The position numbers and the translations under genes are program-made. Below, one piece after another: positions 1-13,103 of a DNA stretch of 64,000 bases. The first letter of the stretch is position 1; each line of letters starts with the position of its first letter. Under the pieces are notes generated by a model. The model had not been told where the DNA came from, did no database searches, and worked only from the letters and a program-made list of their open reading frames with translations. The stretch covers positions 5,146,001 through 5,210,000 of the forward strand of contig OZ218952.1 of the NCBI GenBank assembly GCA_965112735.1. Direction: 5' to 3'. Source of the DNA: Phaeosaccion multiseriatum. Lineage: Eukaryota; Protista; Ochrophyta, other classes.

Positions 1-1460
1 TTTGCCGACTTGACTACGGCCATCGTGCTGACCACGCGCCCTCTGAAGGACTTTGCCGACAAAGGGCTGCTTGTCTTTTCCGTTATCATGGGCTACGTGG
101 ACCTGCTCACAGATGCCGGTACGCACACACACACACACACGCACACACGCACGCACACATACACTCACACACATGTACACACACACGCACACACGCACGC
201 ACGCACGTCACGCTTCGGAGACGAGCCGAGTAGAGTAGAGCGCGCCCTTTCCACCCCTGCTGAGGCTCGCACCTTATCCCTCCCCCTCCCTCCCCCTCCC
301 CCCCTTCTCAGCCGCCGCCGCGCAGTTCTTCATGTCGGGCAACACGCGTGCATTCATCCTTGCCGTCTTCTTCATTGTGTTCCCCACGGCCATTGTCATG
401 TACTCCATCCTCATTAAAGCGGTGCGTTTCAGTTTCGGTCAGTTTTACTTTCTTTGAGTTGACGGTACCCACACACACCCGCACATTGCACCAGCCAAGG
501 ATTGCCAACCAATCGAGAGATCACTATCGATTGCTCCCTTGTCCTGCCACCCCTCCTTGGCGCTCACTCACTCATGCGGCCGATATCGGCCCTTCCACCT
601 CCTTCCCCTGCACTCCACTCCCCTCCCTCTCACGCTCTCTCTCTCAGGACGAGAATGACTATGGCTCCACTTGGCAACGGCGAAGGCACTGCGAATGCAC
701 AACTCGCAAAGCACGACACGCCCTGCTTGCCTTCCTGCAGCTGCACATCTTCAGCGAGGCCGTCTCGGGCCTCAAGGATGGTACGTAACACCTTCACATA
801 ACCTTACGGAGCACCTGACGTACGAAGCAAGCATTTGGGCCCTCGTACGTACGTGCGTGCGTGCAAGGCTCAGAGAGTTTTTGCTGCACCCACATACGCA
901 CACACGCACGCGCACACACACGCATACAGTCAGTCATCGATATCGCGGCATGGGGGAAAAGTGCACACATCTGCATGCACGTGTTCGATCCTGACCTTCC
1001 GCTTTGTCTGTCTGTGCCTGCGTGTGTGTGTGTTTGTGTGTGTGTGCGTGTGTATTTGTGTGTGATTGTGTATTTGTGTGTATGTGTGTGCGTGCGTGTG
1101 TGTGTGCGTGTGTGTGTGCAGGTGAGGAGACAAAGTCCTTCAAGGCGGCGCGCTTCACCGAGGCGTGCTTCGAGGCGGCCCCGCAGCTGCTGCTCCAGGT
1201 GGGTACGATAGGTGGGGTGCGCACAGCTGCCCCGTCCGTGCAGAGGCTGCTGCAGCCACATGGGCCTACTTTAAACCTAACCTAACCCAACTTTCAACCT
1301 CAACGTCTACCTCTGTCCCTGCCTCTGCCTCTACCCATGTGCCTCCACCCAGGCCTTTGTGATCTGCACGGACTGGTCCGACGGCGTGTCGCGTGTGGTG
1401 CTCCTCTCCGTGTGCATCTCGGCGCTCTCTCTAGCATGGGAGGCCACCAACATCTTAGAC

Positions 1461-1521
<61 letters not shown>

Positions 1522-2806
1522 TATGTGTGTGTGTGTATGTTTGCCCGCTTGCACCGCCGTTATGGCACCGTTTCATTTCGGTGCGAGCCGGCAGAGACCT
1601 CACACCCCTCCCCTCCCTCCCCTCCCTCCCCTCCCTCCGTCCCTCCGTCCATCTCTCCCTCCCTCCCTCCCTCCCTCCCTCCCTCCCTCCCTCCCTCCCT
1701 CCCTCCCTCTCTCCCAGGGGTACTGTGGAGGCAGAGGTGTCTCGCTTCATCCGCGAAAAGCGCTCTTCGCGCTTCGGCCCTGTGGGCGGCGAACTCATTA
1801 GGCGCTGGGGCCGTCTGCTGCTGCTGTGGCTCTTCCATGTGGGGGAGGTGAGTAGGGGTGTGTGGGGGTGTAAGTGGGGTTGTGCGTGGGGTGGTGAGTT
1901 GGGGTGTAAGTGCGGTGGTGTATGAGGGTGTGAGTGGGGTGGTGAGTGCGGTTGTGAGTTGGGGTGTAAGTGCTGTGGTGTATGAGGGTGTAAGTGGGGT
2001 TGTGAGTGGGGTTGTGCGTGGGGTGGTGTATGAGGGTGTGAGTGGGGTTGTGTGCGTGGGGGGGGGTGTGGGTGTGTGTGTGGGGTGGTGTGAGTGGGGG
2101 TGTGAGTGTGAGTGTGAGTGGTACAGTGTGCGTAGGAGTGTGTCAGAGTGTCGGTGGGTGCGTGTGCCCATCAAGGCCCCTCTTGGGAGCGCAGAGTGGA
2201 TCCAGGATGCTCTCTCCGTCGATCGCGCGAGAGGGGAGGACTGAGGGTACATGAGCGCAGAGGGCCCCTGTCCAGCACAGGAGGGCATGTTCGGCATACG
2301 GAGAATCACAGACGGCCGCCGTTGAGTGAGGGAGGAGACGGATGGAGAGGAGAAGCGCTTCCAAGGAGGGCCTCAGTCCAGCGAAGAAGAGGACTGCATG
2401 TCCGGCAGACTTCCTAAACCCTCCTCTCCTTCTCCCTCTCCCCCCCCTCCTCCCCTCCCACTCCCCTCCTCCGCAACATATATCCCAGGTGGTTTCCCGC
2501 GCCATCACCTTAGTGCTGCTGGCCCTGGCCCTACGCTCTTACACAGTGCTGCTCCTTGCCTTCGTGTGGACCACACGCATGGCGCTGGGAAGGCTCACCG
2601 AACACAGCGACGCGTCCCTATCCAAGCTCTCCATCAAATCCCTCTCGTCGGTGCTGCTCGACTCAGTCTGGGATCGCCGCAGGGCCTACCTCCTTGCCTC
2701 TGCGCTCACCTTCGTGGAGGGTATTGTGTGCATTGCGGGCTCCACGTTGGCCCGAAATAGCGATGGAGAGTCTCCTCTGCCCATCCCCGTGGACGTCCAG
2801 AAGAAC

Positions 2807-2884
<78 letters not shown>

Positions 2885-3669
2885 GTGTGTGTGCGTGTGT
2901 CCGTGTGTGTGGCGCGGGTGTGTAAGTTTATCGTGATTGTGTGTGCGCGAGTGGCGTGTCCTGTGGTGTGAGTGTGAGTGTGTTGTGTCCTGTGAGTGTG
3001 AGTGTGAGTGTGTTGTGTCCTGTGAGTGTGAGTGTGAGTGTGTTGTGTCCTGTGAGTGTGAGTGTGAGTGTGTTGTGTCTCGCGTGGTGTCTCATGCACC
3101 TGCCTTGACTTTGCTCTGACTTTTCTCTGACATGTGCTTTGTCCCGCATCTGCCACTCGGCCTCTCGGACTTACTTTCCCTCTGTTCTACCATGCGTTCA
3201 TGCACTGCCATCCCCACCCCTGCCCCATGCCATCCACTGCCATCCCCACCCCCGCCCCATGCCATCCACTGCCATCCCCACCCCTGCCCCATGCCATGCA
3301 CTGCCATCCCCTCAGCGTCATCGTGGCGGGTGCTCTGTATGCCGTGCGCGTGGCGGTGGATGTCGGCCTCAGAGGACCACTGCACTGGGGCAGGGAAGAG
3401 GAGGTGCGAGCAGCCTACCAACAGGTCAGTCGGGCGATGGCAGTGGATGGGTCCAACTACGGCCCTTGCCGTGAAGCAAAGCATAGGAGGGCAAAGGCGT
3501 GGGGAGAGCGAGAGAAGGGGACGCCACACATTCACACGAGCACGGCTCTATCGGCGGTCGCCCCCCCCCCCTCCTCTTTCTTTCTCATTCTCTCTTTCGC
3601 GCGCTCTCTCCTCTCTCTTCCTCCCTCCCTTCTTCCCTCTCACTTTTTCTCTCCCCCCCCCTCTCTCTT

Positions 3670-3732
<63 letters not shown>

Positions 3733-3987
3733 CTCTCTCTCTCTCTCTTTCTGCTCTTCGCCTGCCACGCACCTCTCACACCACACCCCTCGCAGGCTGC
3801 GTTATCCGCTCGTGCGGCCAAAGACGAGGAGGCAGGGAACGGGCAGGGAAAGGGCCTCTCCTTCAGTGCCCATGGGGGTGACGTAGGCAAGCAGCAGGGC
3901 CCCAAAGACCCGGAGGGAGAGACAGCAACCCGAGCAGCGGCAGGCCTGACAGCCACGAGGCCTCTCAGCGGCATAGGGTTGGCGTAG
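1..3987 (+). CDS. XK-related (Xkr scramblase family) multi-pass membrane protein, 5' end outside window
   Basis: Phase-consistent GT-AG exons about <1-118, 312-421, 648-780, 1122-1198, 1353-1462, 1718-1847, 2489-2808, 3316-3424, 3796-3987. Translation includes YVDLLTD, FTEACFEAAPQLLLQ and SVCISALSLAW, matching XK-family motifs (DxxTD; E/F-ExxPQxxLQ), with several hydrophobic segments. Confidence 0.75.
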
Positions 3988-5125
3988 GCGAAATACCCAA
4001 CACGAGAAGTGTGTCAGGCTTGCCTCCCTCCGCCCTGAATGAGACAGGTGCCTCAGACCCGCTCTCTCGGAGACCCTTTCAGACCGATGCCTTAGACTGC
4101 TCAAGCCCGCCCCGCCCCCCTCTCTCTCTTTCTCTCTTTCTCTGTGGGTGGAGCAAGAGGAGGCAGGGGGCTTGGTGCGCTGCTTCGTTGAGGAGCGCCG
4201 CACTTCTTGCTTTCTGCTCGTAGCGCTCCGCCGGCGGATGGCGTTTCAGAAGTGTTCTCTCTCCGGATGGCGTTTCAGAGGTGCACTCTCTCCGGTAGGA
4301 AGAGAGAGTCAACTGTACAAATGTACAGATAGTTTTGATACAAACAGATGAATGCGACCATGTGTAAGTCTGAGCCCCCCTGCACATAGAGACGATCTGC
4401 CACCTCCAGTCTCTGGATCCGTGTTTCAGGCTCAGTTCCAGTTTTTTTAAGACTCCATCCAACACCAATGAAGTCATCACCATGATATGGACACGGGCGG
4501 AAACACCGGCAACACCGTGACACAGTGGGTGTAAATACATGTATTTGGGAGTGAGAGAGGGAGGGGCCCTCTCAGGAAAAGCACAGCGTCACCGGGCGGA
4601 GGTGGGAGCCTCCCTCACATCCACCCACCCACCCACCCACCCAGCAAAACACCGTCGCCGCAACCCCCAAGCGACTCTCTTGGTCAGAATCCAAAACGCC
4701 CTCCCCCAGCTGTCTCACCACCTGCTGTATCGTCATATCCTGTGTGCTGTAGCCTGTGCCTCCCAAACACACACACAGACACACACACACAGAGAGAGAG
4801 AGAGAGGGAGCGCACTGGCTTCAGGGCACACCCTCTACGGTGGCCCTTCCTTCCGTGAAGCTCCTCCCCCCGAAGCAATATGTACATCCGTACTCTCTCT
4901 CTCTCTACACGCGCCCCTCCCCTCTTCCCATTTGCGTACTCCTTCTCCCTCTCCCCTTGCAAGCTCGCCTTCTCTTGCCCGCCTCCCCTGCCTCCTTTAC
5001 GCCGTGGCCCTGGCTGGCCGGGCACTTCAAACACTCGTCCCTCCCACGGGCGCCTTCGCATCCCCAAAACTGTGACCACTGATCAAACACGAGCCGTGCG
5101 AGGAGAGGAGCCTTTGACTCCATTG

Positions 5126-5166
<41 letters not shown>

Positions 5167-5641
5167 GGACAAAAGAGAGTCGGTGGTGTCGGCCTCCGGG
5201 CGCCTCTCGTGACGTCGTCAGTCGTCCCCGTGTTACTCGCTTCCAAGGGCCGTGGCGTGCGGCCCACCAGGGCCCGCACAGCAAGCGCAAACCTCAAACG
5301 TCTAAGGACGGGCAAGGGCACTGGGCAGTGACGCTCCCAGAGACATCCCGAGGAAGCGAAAGCGCACCATCCCGTCTATGACTGTGAGCCTACTGTGAGC
5401 CTGCCTTGCCTCTTCCCCGCCCCTGCTAAACAAGGCTCAGCCCAAGGCCCAGACCAACGGCCGCGCCACCCCCTAGAGACAGCGAGCATAGAGCAGGGGC
5501 TGCCCCTTCCCTGTCCCTCTGCCCCTTGCCCCCTGTCCACCGTCCCTTGCCGTGCGAGGGGAGGGGGGCGCACGACGACACACCCATTGCCCAGCTCCAC
5601 AAGAATACGAGCATATGGGCAGACGGGCAGATGGGCAGTCA

Positions 5642-8046
5642 TCACGCCTGTCGGTTGAAACGGGACGGAACAAGAGTCGCAGAGAGAAAAAGACACGATG
5701 AGGCAGACCTCGAACGACCTCTCACACAGACAACCTCACTTGTGCAGCTCTCGTCTCCTCCCCCCACACTCATCCACTGCCATCCCATCCGCCCATATGA
5801 ACCTAACACCAACCCCCCCGCCCCCCCCCCCCCTACTCCCGCTCACCTGCCCAGCTCCGGTGCCCCCTGCGTGTGCCATAGCGGGAACGGCTCTCTCCTT
5901 CTCTTCCTTTCCCCACCGCTCCTCCCATCCCGGTCTCTCCAAGCGGGCCGCGTAGGCGGGGTGCACGCCTGCAGACAGGGCAGGCATATGGGCAGGAAGA
6001 GGGTCAGTCAGGTATATGGGGGGAGGACGAGAGGCAGAGCAAGCAGCATCTTCCCCATTTGTCTTCCTTCGCCACCGCTGACACACAACGATGCGCTCAC
6101 GCACGTATACACGCACGCGGCCAATGCCCAATCGCAAGCAAAGGGTTCAGTCCAGTCATCCCCCGTCCTAAGCAATGGTTCAGTCCAGTCATCCACTGCC
6201 ATCCGCCCTCTCATCGGGGCTAACCCATCCTGCCCTCTGCCCTCTGCCTTCTCATCGGGGATGCATACCTGAAGGAGACGCAGCAGCAGCAGCAGGAGGA
6301 GGAGGAGGAGGGGCCACCGCGGCCACTACCGGAGCAGCGGCGGGTGCGGCCCCACCCTTCCTGGCCTGGGTCCTCACACCGCTCCTGGCCTGCTCCACAG
6401 CCTCCACCTTGGCTGCCAAAGCCTTGGCCATGTAGGTGCTGAATGCTTCACGCACAGCGCCACGCTCGGCTCGGAGAGCCTCCGCCTCGGCCTTGAGAGC
6501 ATTCAACTCCTGCGCCTGAGCCAGTCGGCTTGTGTGCGTCTGAGAGAGAGGGGGGGAGGGCGGAGAGTGGGGTGGGGCAGGGGATGGACGGCAGCCAAGA
6601 AGCGGACAGGCACAAGGGGCACATGGATGAGAGCGGCAGCAGCAGCGGCAGCAGCGGCAGCAGCAGCGAAGGATGCGGGTCAGCGATCGGCGAGTTTGCA
6701 GTGCTTCAAGCTCAATGCTAAGAACTCGGGCGAGGAGCGGGTGAAGAAGGAGGCTCGAGCCTCATCTGCCAGGGGATTGGCGACAGTCCCCACCCCTCTC
6801 CATTGCGCGGGGGGGGGCGAGCGCACAAGGAGAGGTATGGCACAGAGAGAGAGAGGGGGAGAGAGAAAGAGAGAGATATAGGGGCACAGTGGTCCTTCCA
6901 CTTCGTCCCCCCCGTCGGATCGGCGCCACGCACCTTGACGACATACTCCTGCGCGAACTTGCGCAGCTCCGCCAGCTCTTCTGCTTCCGACCCCTGCAAC
7001 GACGATGTGGATGCAGAAGCGGAGCCAGGCGCGGCCCCTCCTGCGCCCCCTCCTGCAGCCGCCTGCATGCGTTGGACCTCCTCCGGTCCCCACCTTCCCT
7101 CCCAGCCAGGGCGCTCTGTTCGGGCGGCATAGGCAGGGTGCACAGCCACAGCCGCATCCCCACTCGAACTTCCTTGCTCCGCTTGGGCGACCGCATTGGG
7201 TGCCGCTCCTGCAGCCGCCTGCATGCGTTGGATCTCCTCCGGCCCCCACCTTCCCTCCCAGCCAGGGCGCTCCGTGCGGGCGGCATAGGCAGGGTGCACA
7301 GCCACAGCCGCAGCCTTAGCTGAGCTGCTTGGCTGGGGAGCCGTTACTGACGCTTCGATGCCCATGCGCTGCGTCTCCTCCGCACCCCACCTCTCCTCCC
7401 AGCCTGGCCTCTCAGTCCTCATGGCGTATGCAGGGTGCAGGGCCACTCCTCCACCAGCAGCACCATCAGCCGCAGCAGCACCGCCTGCCGAGGCTCCCGT
7501 TGACGAATTGTCCAGAGAGGCCATGAGCTCCTCAAGGTGAGACTCATAAGACACCTTGATCTCCTCCCGCAGCGTGTCGATGCTCTTCATGCGGTCTTCG
7601 TGCCTGCTCAGCATGTCGCTGGCCACGCTGCCGCCCGCCGCCACTGCACCCCCCCCCTGGTACTGCTGAAGCTTGTCCTCCAGACCCTGCAGACGGGCCT
7701 CAAACTCCTTTCTGGTGTCTTCCTTCGCCTGCGACACCGCCCTCAGCTTCTCCTCACTTGCTTTGATCATGTAAGCACGCAGAGCCTCTTCCCCTTCCGT
7801 GCCTCCGGCACCCGCTGCCGCACTCCTGAAAGCCTCTCCACGCAATCTCTGCCGCTCTTGCCGCCTGAAGGTGGGGCCATCCACCCGACTAGATCTCGTC
7901 GCCAGGAGAGTCGGCTGGGGCTGGCGAGCGACAGCTGCTCCCCCGCTGCCCAGCCCAGGCAGCCAAGCTTGGGCTGGAAACAGCAGGGCACCGAGCAGCA
8001 GCAGAGCGAGCAAGCATTTCTGCGACCCTGCAGCGTCCTGAGACAT
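5642..8046 (-). CDS. Predicted plastid-targeted repeat protein (~503 aa) with 4x HPAYAxRxERPGWExRWGxEE and helical segments; function unknown
   Basis: Exons 8046-6934, 6539-6269, 5968-5847, 5647-5642 (last exon tentative) join in phase. N-terminus is a hydrophobic signal (CLLALLLLGALLFPAQA), then WLP (ASAFAP-type cleavage motif), then an Arg/Ser-rich transit-like segment. Confidence 0.7.
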
Positions 8047-8561
8047 TTCTCTCTCTCTTCTTTATAAAAAGTTTTTTGGATCCTCAGCGCCGTGAAGCTC
8101 ATGAAAGTCGAGGTAGAAAAACCCAGGGGGAGGAATCGAGATAAGAGTCGAGGGCGACGAGAAAGACATAGCAAGAGGTGAGGGTGAGGGTGGGGGATAG
8201 CAAGAAGTGAGGGTGGAGTGAGCTCAGGTGACTTTTTGATGCAAGGATTGCAGCTTAGTCCCTCTCTCTTCCGACGCAACGCACTTTTCCACTGCTTTTT
8301 CACCCCCTCTCTCCTTTTTCTGCCTCACTCCCTCTCTCTAGCTGCTGCTGGCCTCTCTCCTGCCTGTGCTACTGCTGCTGCTATTGCTGCTGCTGCTACC
8401 GGCCTCTTCCTTTGTGCCTCACTTACCTCCTGCCCCTCTTCTGTCTCTTCTCCTTTGCGCAGGCTGCAGAGTGGGAGAAAGAGCTGCCATCGCAGTGCCA
8501 TAGCGGTAGAAGGCGAGCCCGTTGCAGGGCAGTGGGGAAGCAGCAGCTGTGGTAGGCGACC

Positions 8562-11013
8562 ATGACTTCACTTTCTCGAGCAGCTTTGGCGTCGTGGAAG
8601 AATGGCCGACGCTTGAGCTCGAAGGTGTTTGCGGCACCCTTCAAGCTTGCAGCCAAGAACATGGGTGTGGTGGGGTCCGTGCCAAAGTGGCTGGGCCTGT
8701 GTGTGCGCGAGACCGGACTGGCCTTGGACAGGGCCGGGATGTTCTTCTTGGACAAGTCGGAGTACCGCGACCACTGTGAGTGCTCTCGAGACCGTGACTG
8801 ACTGAGTCAGTGCTCGGGGGTGAAGGGGAGTGGCGAAGGCGTACAGGGCGAAAGACGGGGATGGCTGGGTGCTGCGCCTTCGCGTGGATGGAAATCCAGC
8901 TCATAGGCGCGCCTGTGGGGCTGGTGGTGGGGGGGGGGACAGTGTGAAGCCGGCGAGCTCTACTGCTGGCATTACCTAGGCCCTCACCGCATGCTGCTGC
9001 TGCTACTACTCTGGCTCCCTGACCTTGACTCACGTAATGTTGCTACGATGGCCCCGGTCGGCCCGCCCCCTCTGCCCTTTCCTTAATCTCTCTCTCTGTC
9101 TCCCCCTCTTTGTCTCTCTCTCAGTCTCGGGCCACCGGCAGCTCATGACTGTGGGCAACAAGCACCCTCTGCTGTCGGAGGAGTCATGGGTGGCACCGTC
9201 CGCGTCACTGGTGGGGGATGTGGAGGTGGGCAAGCAGACCTCTGTGTGGTACGGAGCGGTGCTCAGCGGTTACGAGGGCAAGGTCACCCTGGGGGACAAG
9301 AGCAACATACAGGTCAGCGAAGGAATGGCGAGAGGCGGAGAGGGGAGGGGAGGGGAGGGGAGACTCAAGGAGGGGAGGGGAGGGGAGGAAGACCGGTCAT
9401 GACACCTCGCAATCGTGGCCAACTGTATGGGTTCGGTTCTAGAGGCCCAACCTTTGTCCAGCCTGGCTGCCCCAGCCAACCTCTTGACTGAGTCTTTATT
9501 CCTTCATAATAGAAAGGAACATGGGCTGCTACTCTCGCGTGGTCTGTCTCTCAGCTGCCATTCATCCGTCTGTCCTGACACCATTCACATCTGTCTGTCC
9601 TCTGTCCTGACACCTGTACCCCTTATCCCTCCTGCCCACTGTCTCCCTCAGGACGAGTGCGTGGTGACGGCGAGCAGCATCGGCAAGGGCTGTACAGTGG
9701 GGCACGGGGCCATCATCTCCAATACCACGGTTGGCGACGACTGCCTAGTGGGCATGAAGAGTGCCATCACAGGTAACCGAATGTCCCCCAACATCCTCGA
9801 CTGGGGCGGTGCGAATTAGGGGGGGGATGGAAGGGAGAGTAATTGCAAGCCGCTCTCACTGCTCCTCTCCACCCAGCACGCCCCGTTATAACTCGTTCGA
9901 CTACCTACCACTACCACCGAGCGTTGGCTCCCGACTAGGCTCTGTGTGCGCGTCTGACTCTGACTCTGACCGAGCTCTGCCTGCGTGTGTGTGTATGTGT
10001 GTGTGTGTGCGTGTGCGCGTGTCTCCTCGTGTGTGCCCGCCTGCTCTGTACAGGAGCGGTGCTGGAGAGCGGCAGCATGGTGGCGGCGGGGTCAGTGGTG
10101 GAGCCGGGCACCACAGTGGGTAAGGGACAGCTGTGGGCAGGCAACCCCGCCGTGTTCAAGCGGGACCTGGGGGAGAAGGACGTCAAGCAGGTGAGCAAGA
10201 GGGGTGGGCAGAGGGACAAAGGGGGGGGGGAAGGGGGAAGGGTGGGGTGTCTTGTGGCTTGGCTCCCCGCCCTTCGTGCGCGAGGGCTCATGAAGGCCCC
10301 TGACTTGATGGCGAGAAAGTGCACCGACCAAAGCAGATGGGAGAGGGGCAGGAGCAGGGGGGGGGGGGGGGCTGGAGAAACATTTGCTATACAGAGGCAG
10401 CAGTCTTCGAGGAGCCGTAGCTGCTGCACTCAGTCACGCCGTAGGCACGCTATGCCTTCCCCTTGGCCTTCGTCCCCACTTGGTGCCACACGTTCTCCTC
10501 TCCTCTCCTCTCATCTCATCTCATCTCTTCTCCTCCGCTGATGTCCTCGCTCCACTCTCTGTGCGCCTCATGCGCGCTCTCTCCTCGCTCGGTGCATCCC
10601 TCTCCTCTTCTCTTCTCTCCTCTTCTCTCCTCTCCTGTCGGCGAAGGTGGGCAAGTCAGCGGCTGAGTACTTTCCCCTGGCCCTGGCGCATCAGAAGGAG
10701 TTTGCTCAATTTGGGGACAGAGTGGACTCGGAGAAGGCCAAGGGCACACTGGAAGAGGTGAGAGACAAACGCACAGACAAGTCGCACGGCACACGAGTAC
10801 ATCACAGATGGATACGGCGTACGTGCCAGGATCTCTAATCACCACCGCTCTCCCTCCCTCCCTCCCTCTCTTTCGCCTCTATGAATTGTACATTTGCGCT
10901 CCTCCTCGCATCAGATGGAGGAGTACCGAGCGTTCTGGAAGGAAAAGATGGGTGACGACGTGGGAGAGATCACGGCCTCAAGTTGGAAGCTCGAGACCAA
11001 GACGTGGGGCTGA
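8562..11013 (+). CDS. Gamma-carbonic-anhydrase-like left-handed beta-helix protein (mitochondrial complex I-associated type)
   Basis: Exons 8562-8775, 9125-9312, 9652-9772, 10054-10190, 10647-10757, 10915-11013. Motifs RETGLALDRAG, FSGHRQLM, WVAPSASLVGDVEVG, SVWYGAVL, SNIQD, GHGA, LWAGNPA. Basic N-terminal presequence. Confidence 0.85.
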
Positions 11014-11180
11014 GCAAAGCAAAAGCGCCCCCCTTGATATTAGAGTGACCTTAAAACTAGGGGCGAATGACCTAAAACTCACATTTATTGTCGAAGCATC
11101 TTCGCCCCCTTGTCCAATCTGTACCTTCGGCAAGACCCCCCGCCTTGCCACAGCCGCATTAGCACTCTGCACGGCAGATA

Positions 11181-13103
11181 ATGGGGGGCAATAGCGGCAG
11201 TAGTAGTGGAGGAGGCGAAGACATGGTCTGGGGCATAATTTCCACGGTAAGCAAAGGAAGGGGCTCCCTCACTCTCCTCTTCGTCAACAGCACACCCCAC
11301 AGTTGGCCATTCGATGGGAGCAAACTTGTGTGCACACATAAACCACCAAAAGCAGGATCAGGGGGGGAGCAGGACGAGGAGGAGCGTTCGGCTCTCTCAC
11401 TTTCCACAAACCCTTTTTTCTCAGCCGCCCTCCCTTTCTTCATTTCCTTCCCGCACCGTCGCTGTGCCTGTGCCGCAGTCATGCTGGGATACCCTCGTGG
11501 TTGAGCAGAACATCACCGATGCGCAGTGCCTGACGGCTCTCGCGGCGAAGGGCCTCGGGATGCTCATGATTGTAGGCAGCTTGGTCATCAAGGCACCCCA
11601 GGTCGGTGGTATGGAAGGGGGGGGGGGGAAATATGGCATATTGAGGCTTTGCGTGGCTTCCATCGCTCTTGCCATTCCTCGAAGCACAAGGGAGGTTCTG
11701 TAGGCTCCGCCGCCTCGACCTACTCCGAGCAGAAAATCTCTTACTTCCCCAGATCCACCCAACTGACACTACCGTCCGTACCACTGCTGCTGCTGCTGCT
11801 GCAACTGCTGCTGCTGCTGCTGCTCCTACTACTACGACTACTACTCCTGATACTACCGCCCCGCTCGTAGGTGGCGAAGATCGTTAGCAGCAAGAGCGTG
11901 GACGGGCTGAGCCCCATGTCATTCTACAGCGAGATGGTCATCTACATCACCATGGCCTGCTACCACCTCACCAGGGGAAGCCCCTTCAGGTTAGCGCACC
12001 CACGCAGGGGCCAGGGGCCAGTGCACCCCTCTTGCAAGGATATTCTGTGCTGCTGCTCTCGTGCTTGAGCGGAGAAGAGAGCGGATGCCCCTCCGGGCTC
12101 GGTCGTCGTCGCGCTCTTATCCTCTGCCTCACGCCCCTCCCCCCACCCCCTCCCCCCCTTTTTTTCGGCCTCTGAGCAGCGCGTACGGAGAGATCTTGAC
12201 CATCCTCGTGCAGAATGTGGCGCTGGTGGCTCTCTTGTGGAGGTACCAGGAGAAGGAGGAGAGGCCGTCGGTGGGGACGCGCGTGGGCATTTCCGCCGCT
12301 TTCGTCGCTCTGGTAGGTCGTCGCTTGCGTCGTTGTACGCATCTTTTCAGAGCATACACAACACGGTGGACCGCAGCTCCCTTGCCGCAAGCCAGCTTCA
12401 CTCACACCCCTCTGGACCGCTTGCCTCTTGTCTGCTGCCGTCCACAGGGAGCCCTGTGCCTGATGGTTCCGCCCGACTACCGCATATACCTTACGTATCT
12501 TATTATTCCCCTCATGGTGCTGTCCAAAGTGCCGCAGGTCAGTGGGGACGGGACAGAGGAGAGGACTTGAGGAGGGAAGGAGAGAGGGGAGGGGAGGGGA
12601 GGGGAGGGGAGAGGAGAGGAGAGACGAGGGGCGGGGAGAGAAGAGGGGAGAGGAGGGGAGAGGTGACGGGAGGGGCCCTCAACGCCGCGTACGCTCCTCA
12701 GCAACGACGAGCACAGTGCGCTCTCCATCTCTCTCGTGTGTGCGGTGGCGCTGTTGTTTGGCGAGGAGAGCCAGCCCCTGCCTCGGAGCTTACCGTACCC
12801 CTCCCCCCCCCCCCTACTCCCCCCTCCCTCTTCCCTCCCGCCCCTGCCCCGCCCCAGATATACAAAGTGTGGCGCGAGAAGCATACGGGCCAGCTCGCCT
12901 TCGTGACGTGCTTCCTCAACGCCGTGGGCACCTTGGTTCGCATTGTGACCACTGTCGTGGAGCTTGGCTGGGCGGAGAGCGGCGTGCTGTTGCAATACGC
13001 GCTGGGGGCTGCGCTGAACTTGGCGGTGATTGGGCAGATGCTGTGGTACTGGAGGAGAACCAACGAGTACGTCCAGAGGAAAGCAGCCAAGAAGGAACAG
13101 TAG
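11181..13103 (+). CDS. MPDU1: Mannose-P-dolichol utilization defect 1 (PQ-loop protein)
   Basis: Exons about 11181-11246, 11479-11601, 11871-11989, 12180-12312, 12448-12537, 12858-13103. Motifs CLTALAAKGLG..GSLVIKAPQVAKI..KSVDGLS, PFSAYGE, SKVPQIYK...KHTGQLAFVT (two PQ loops). Confidence 0.85.

Noticed and set aside
794-3156. HTHT/CVCV/LTHS-type ORFs here and throughout the window
   Set aside because: Translations of intronic di- and tetranucleotide microsatellites.
4079-5400. Short ORFs and an exon-like segment (minus ~4630-4755) between the XK and plastid-protein genes
   Set aside because: No phase-consistent model or homology cue.
5642-11013. Carbon-concentrating gene cluster (plastid repeat protein plus carbonic anhydrase)
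   Set aside because: The gamma-CA is the mitochondrial complex I type and lacks Zn ligands, so the adjacency is probably coincidental.
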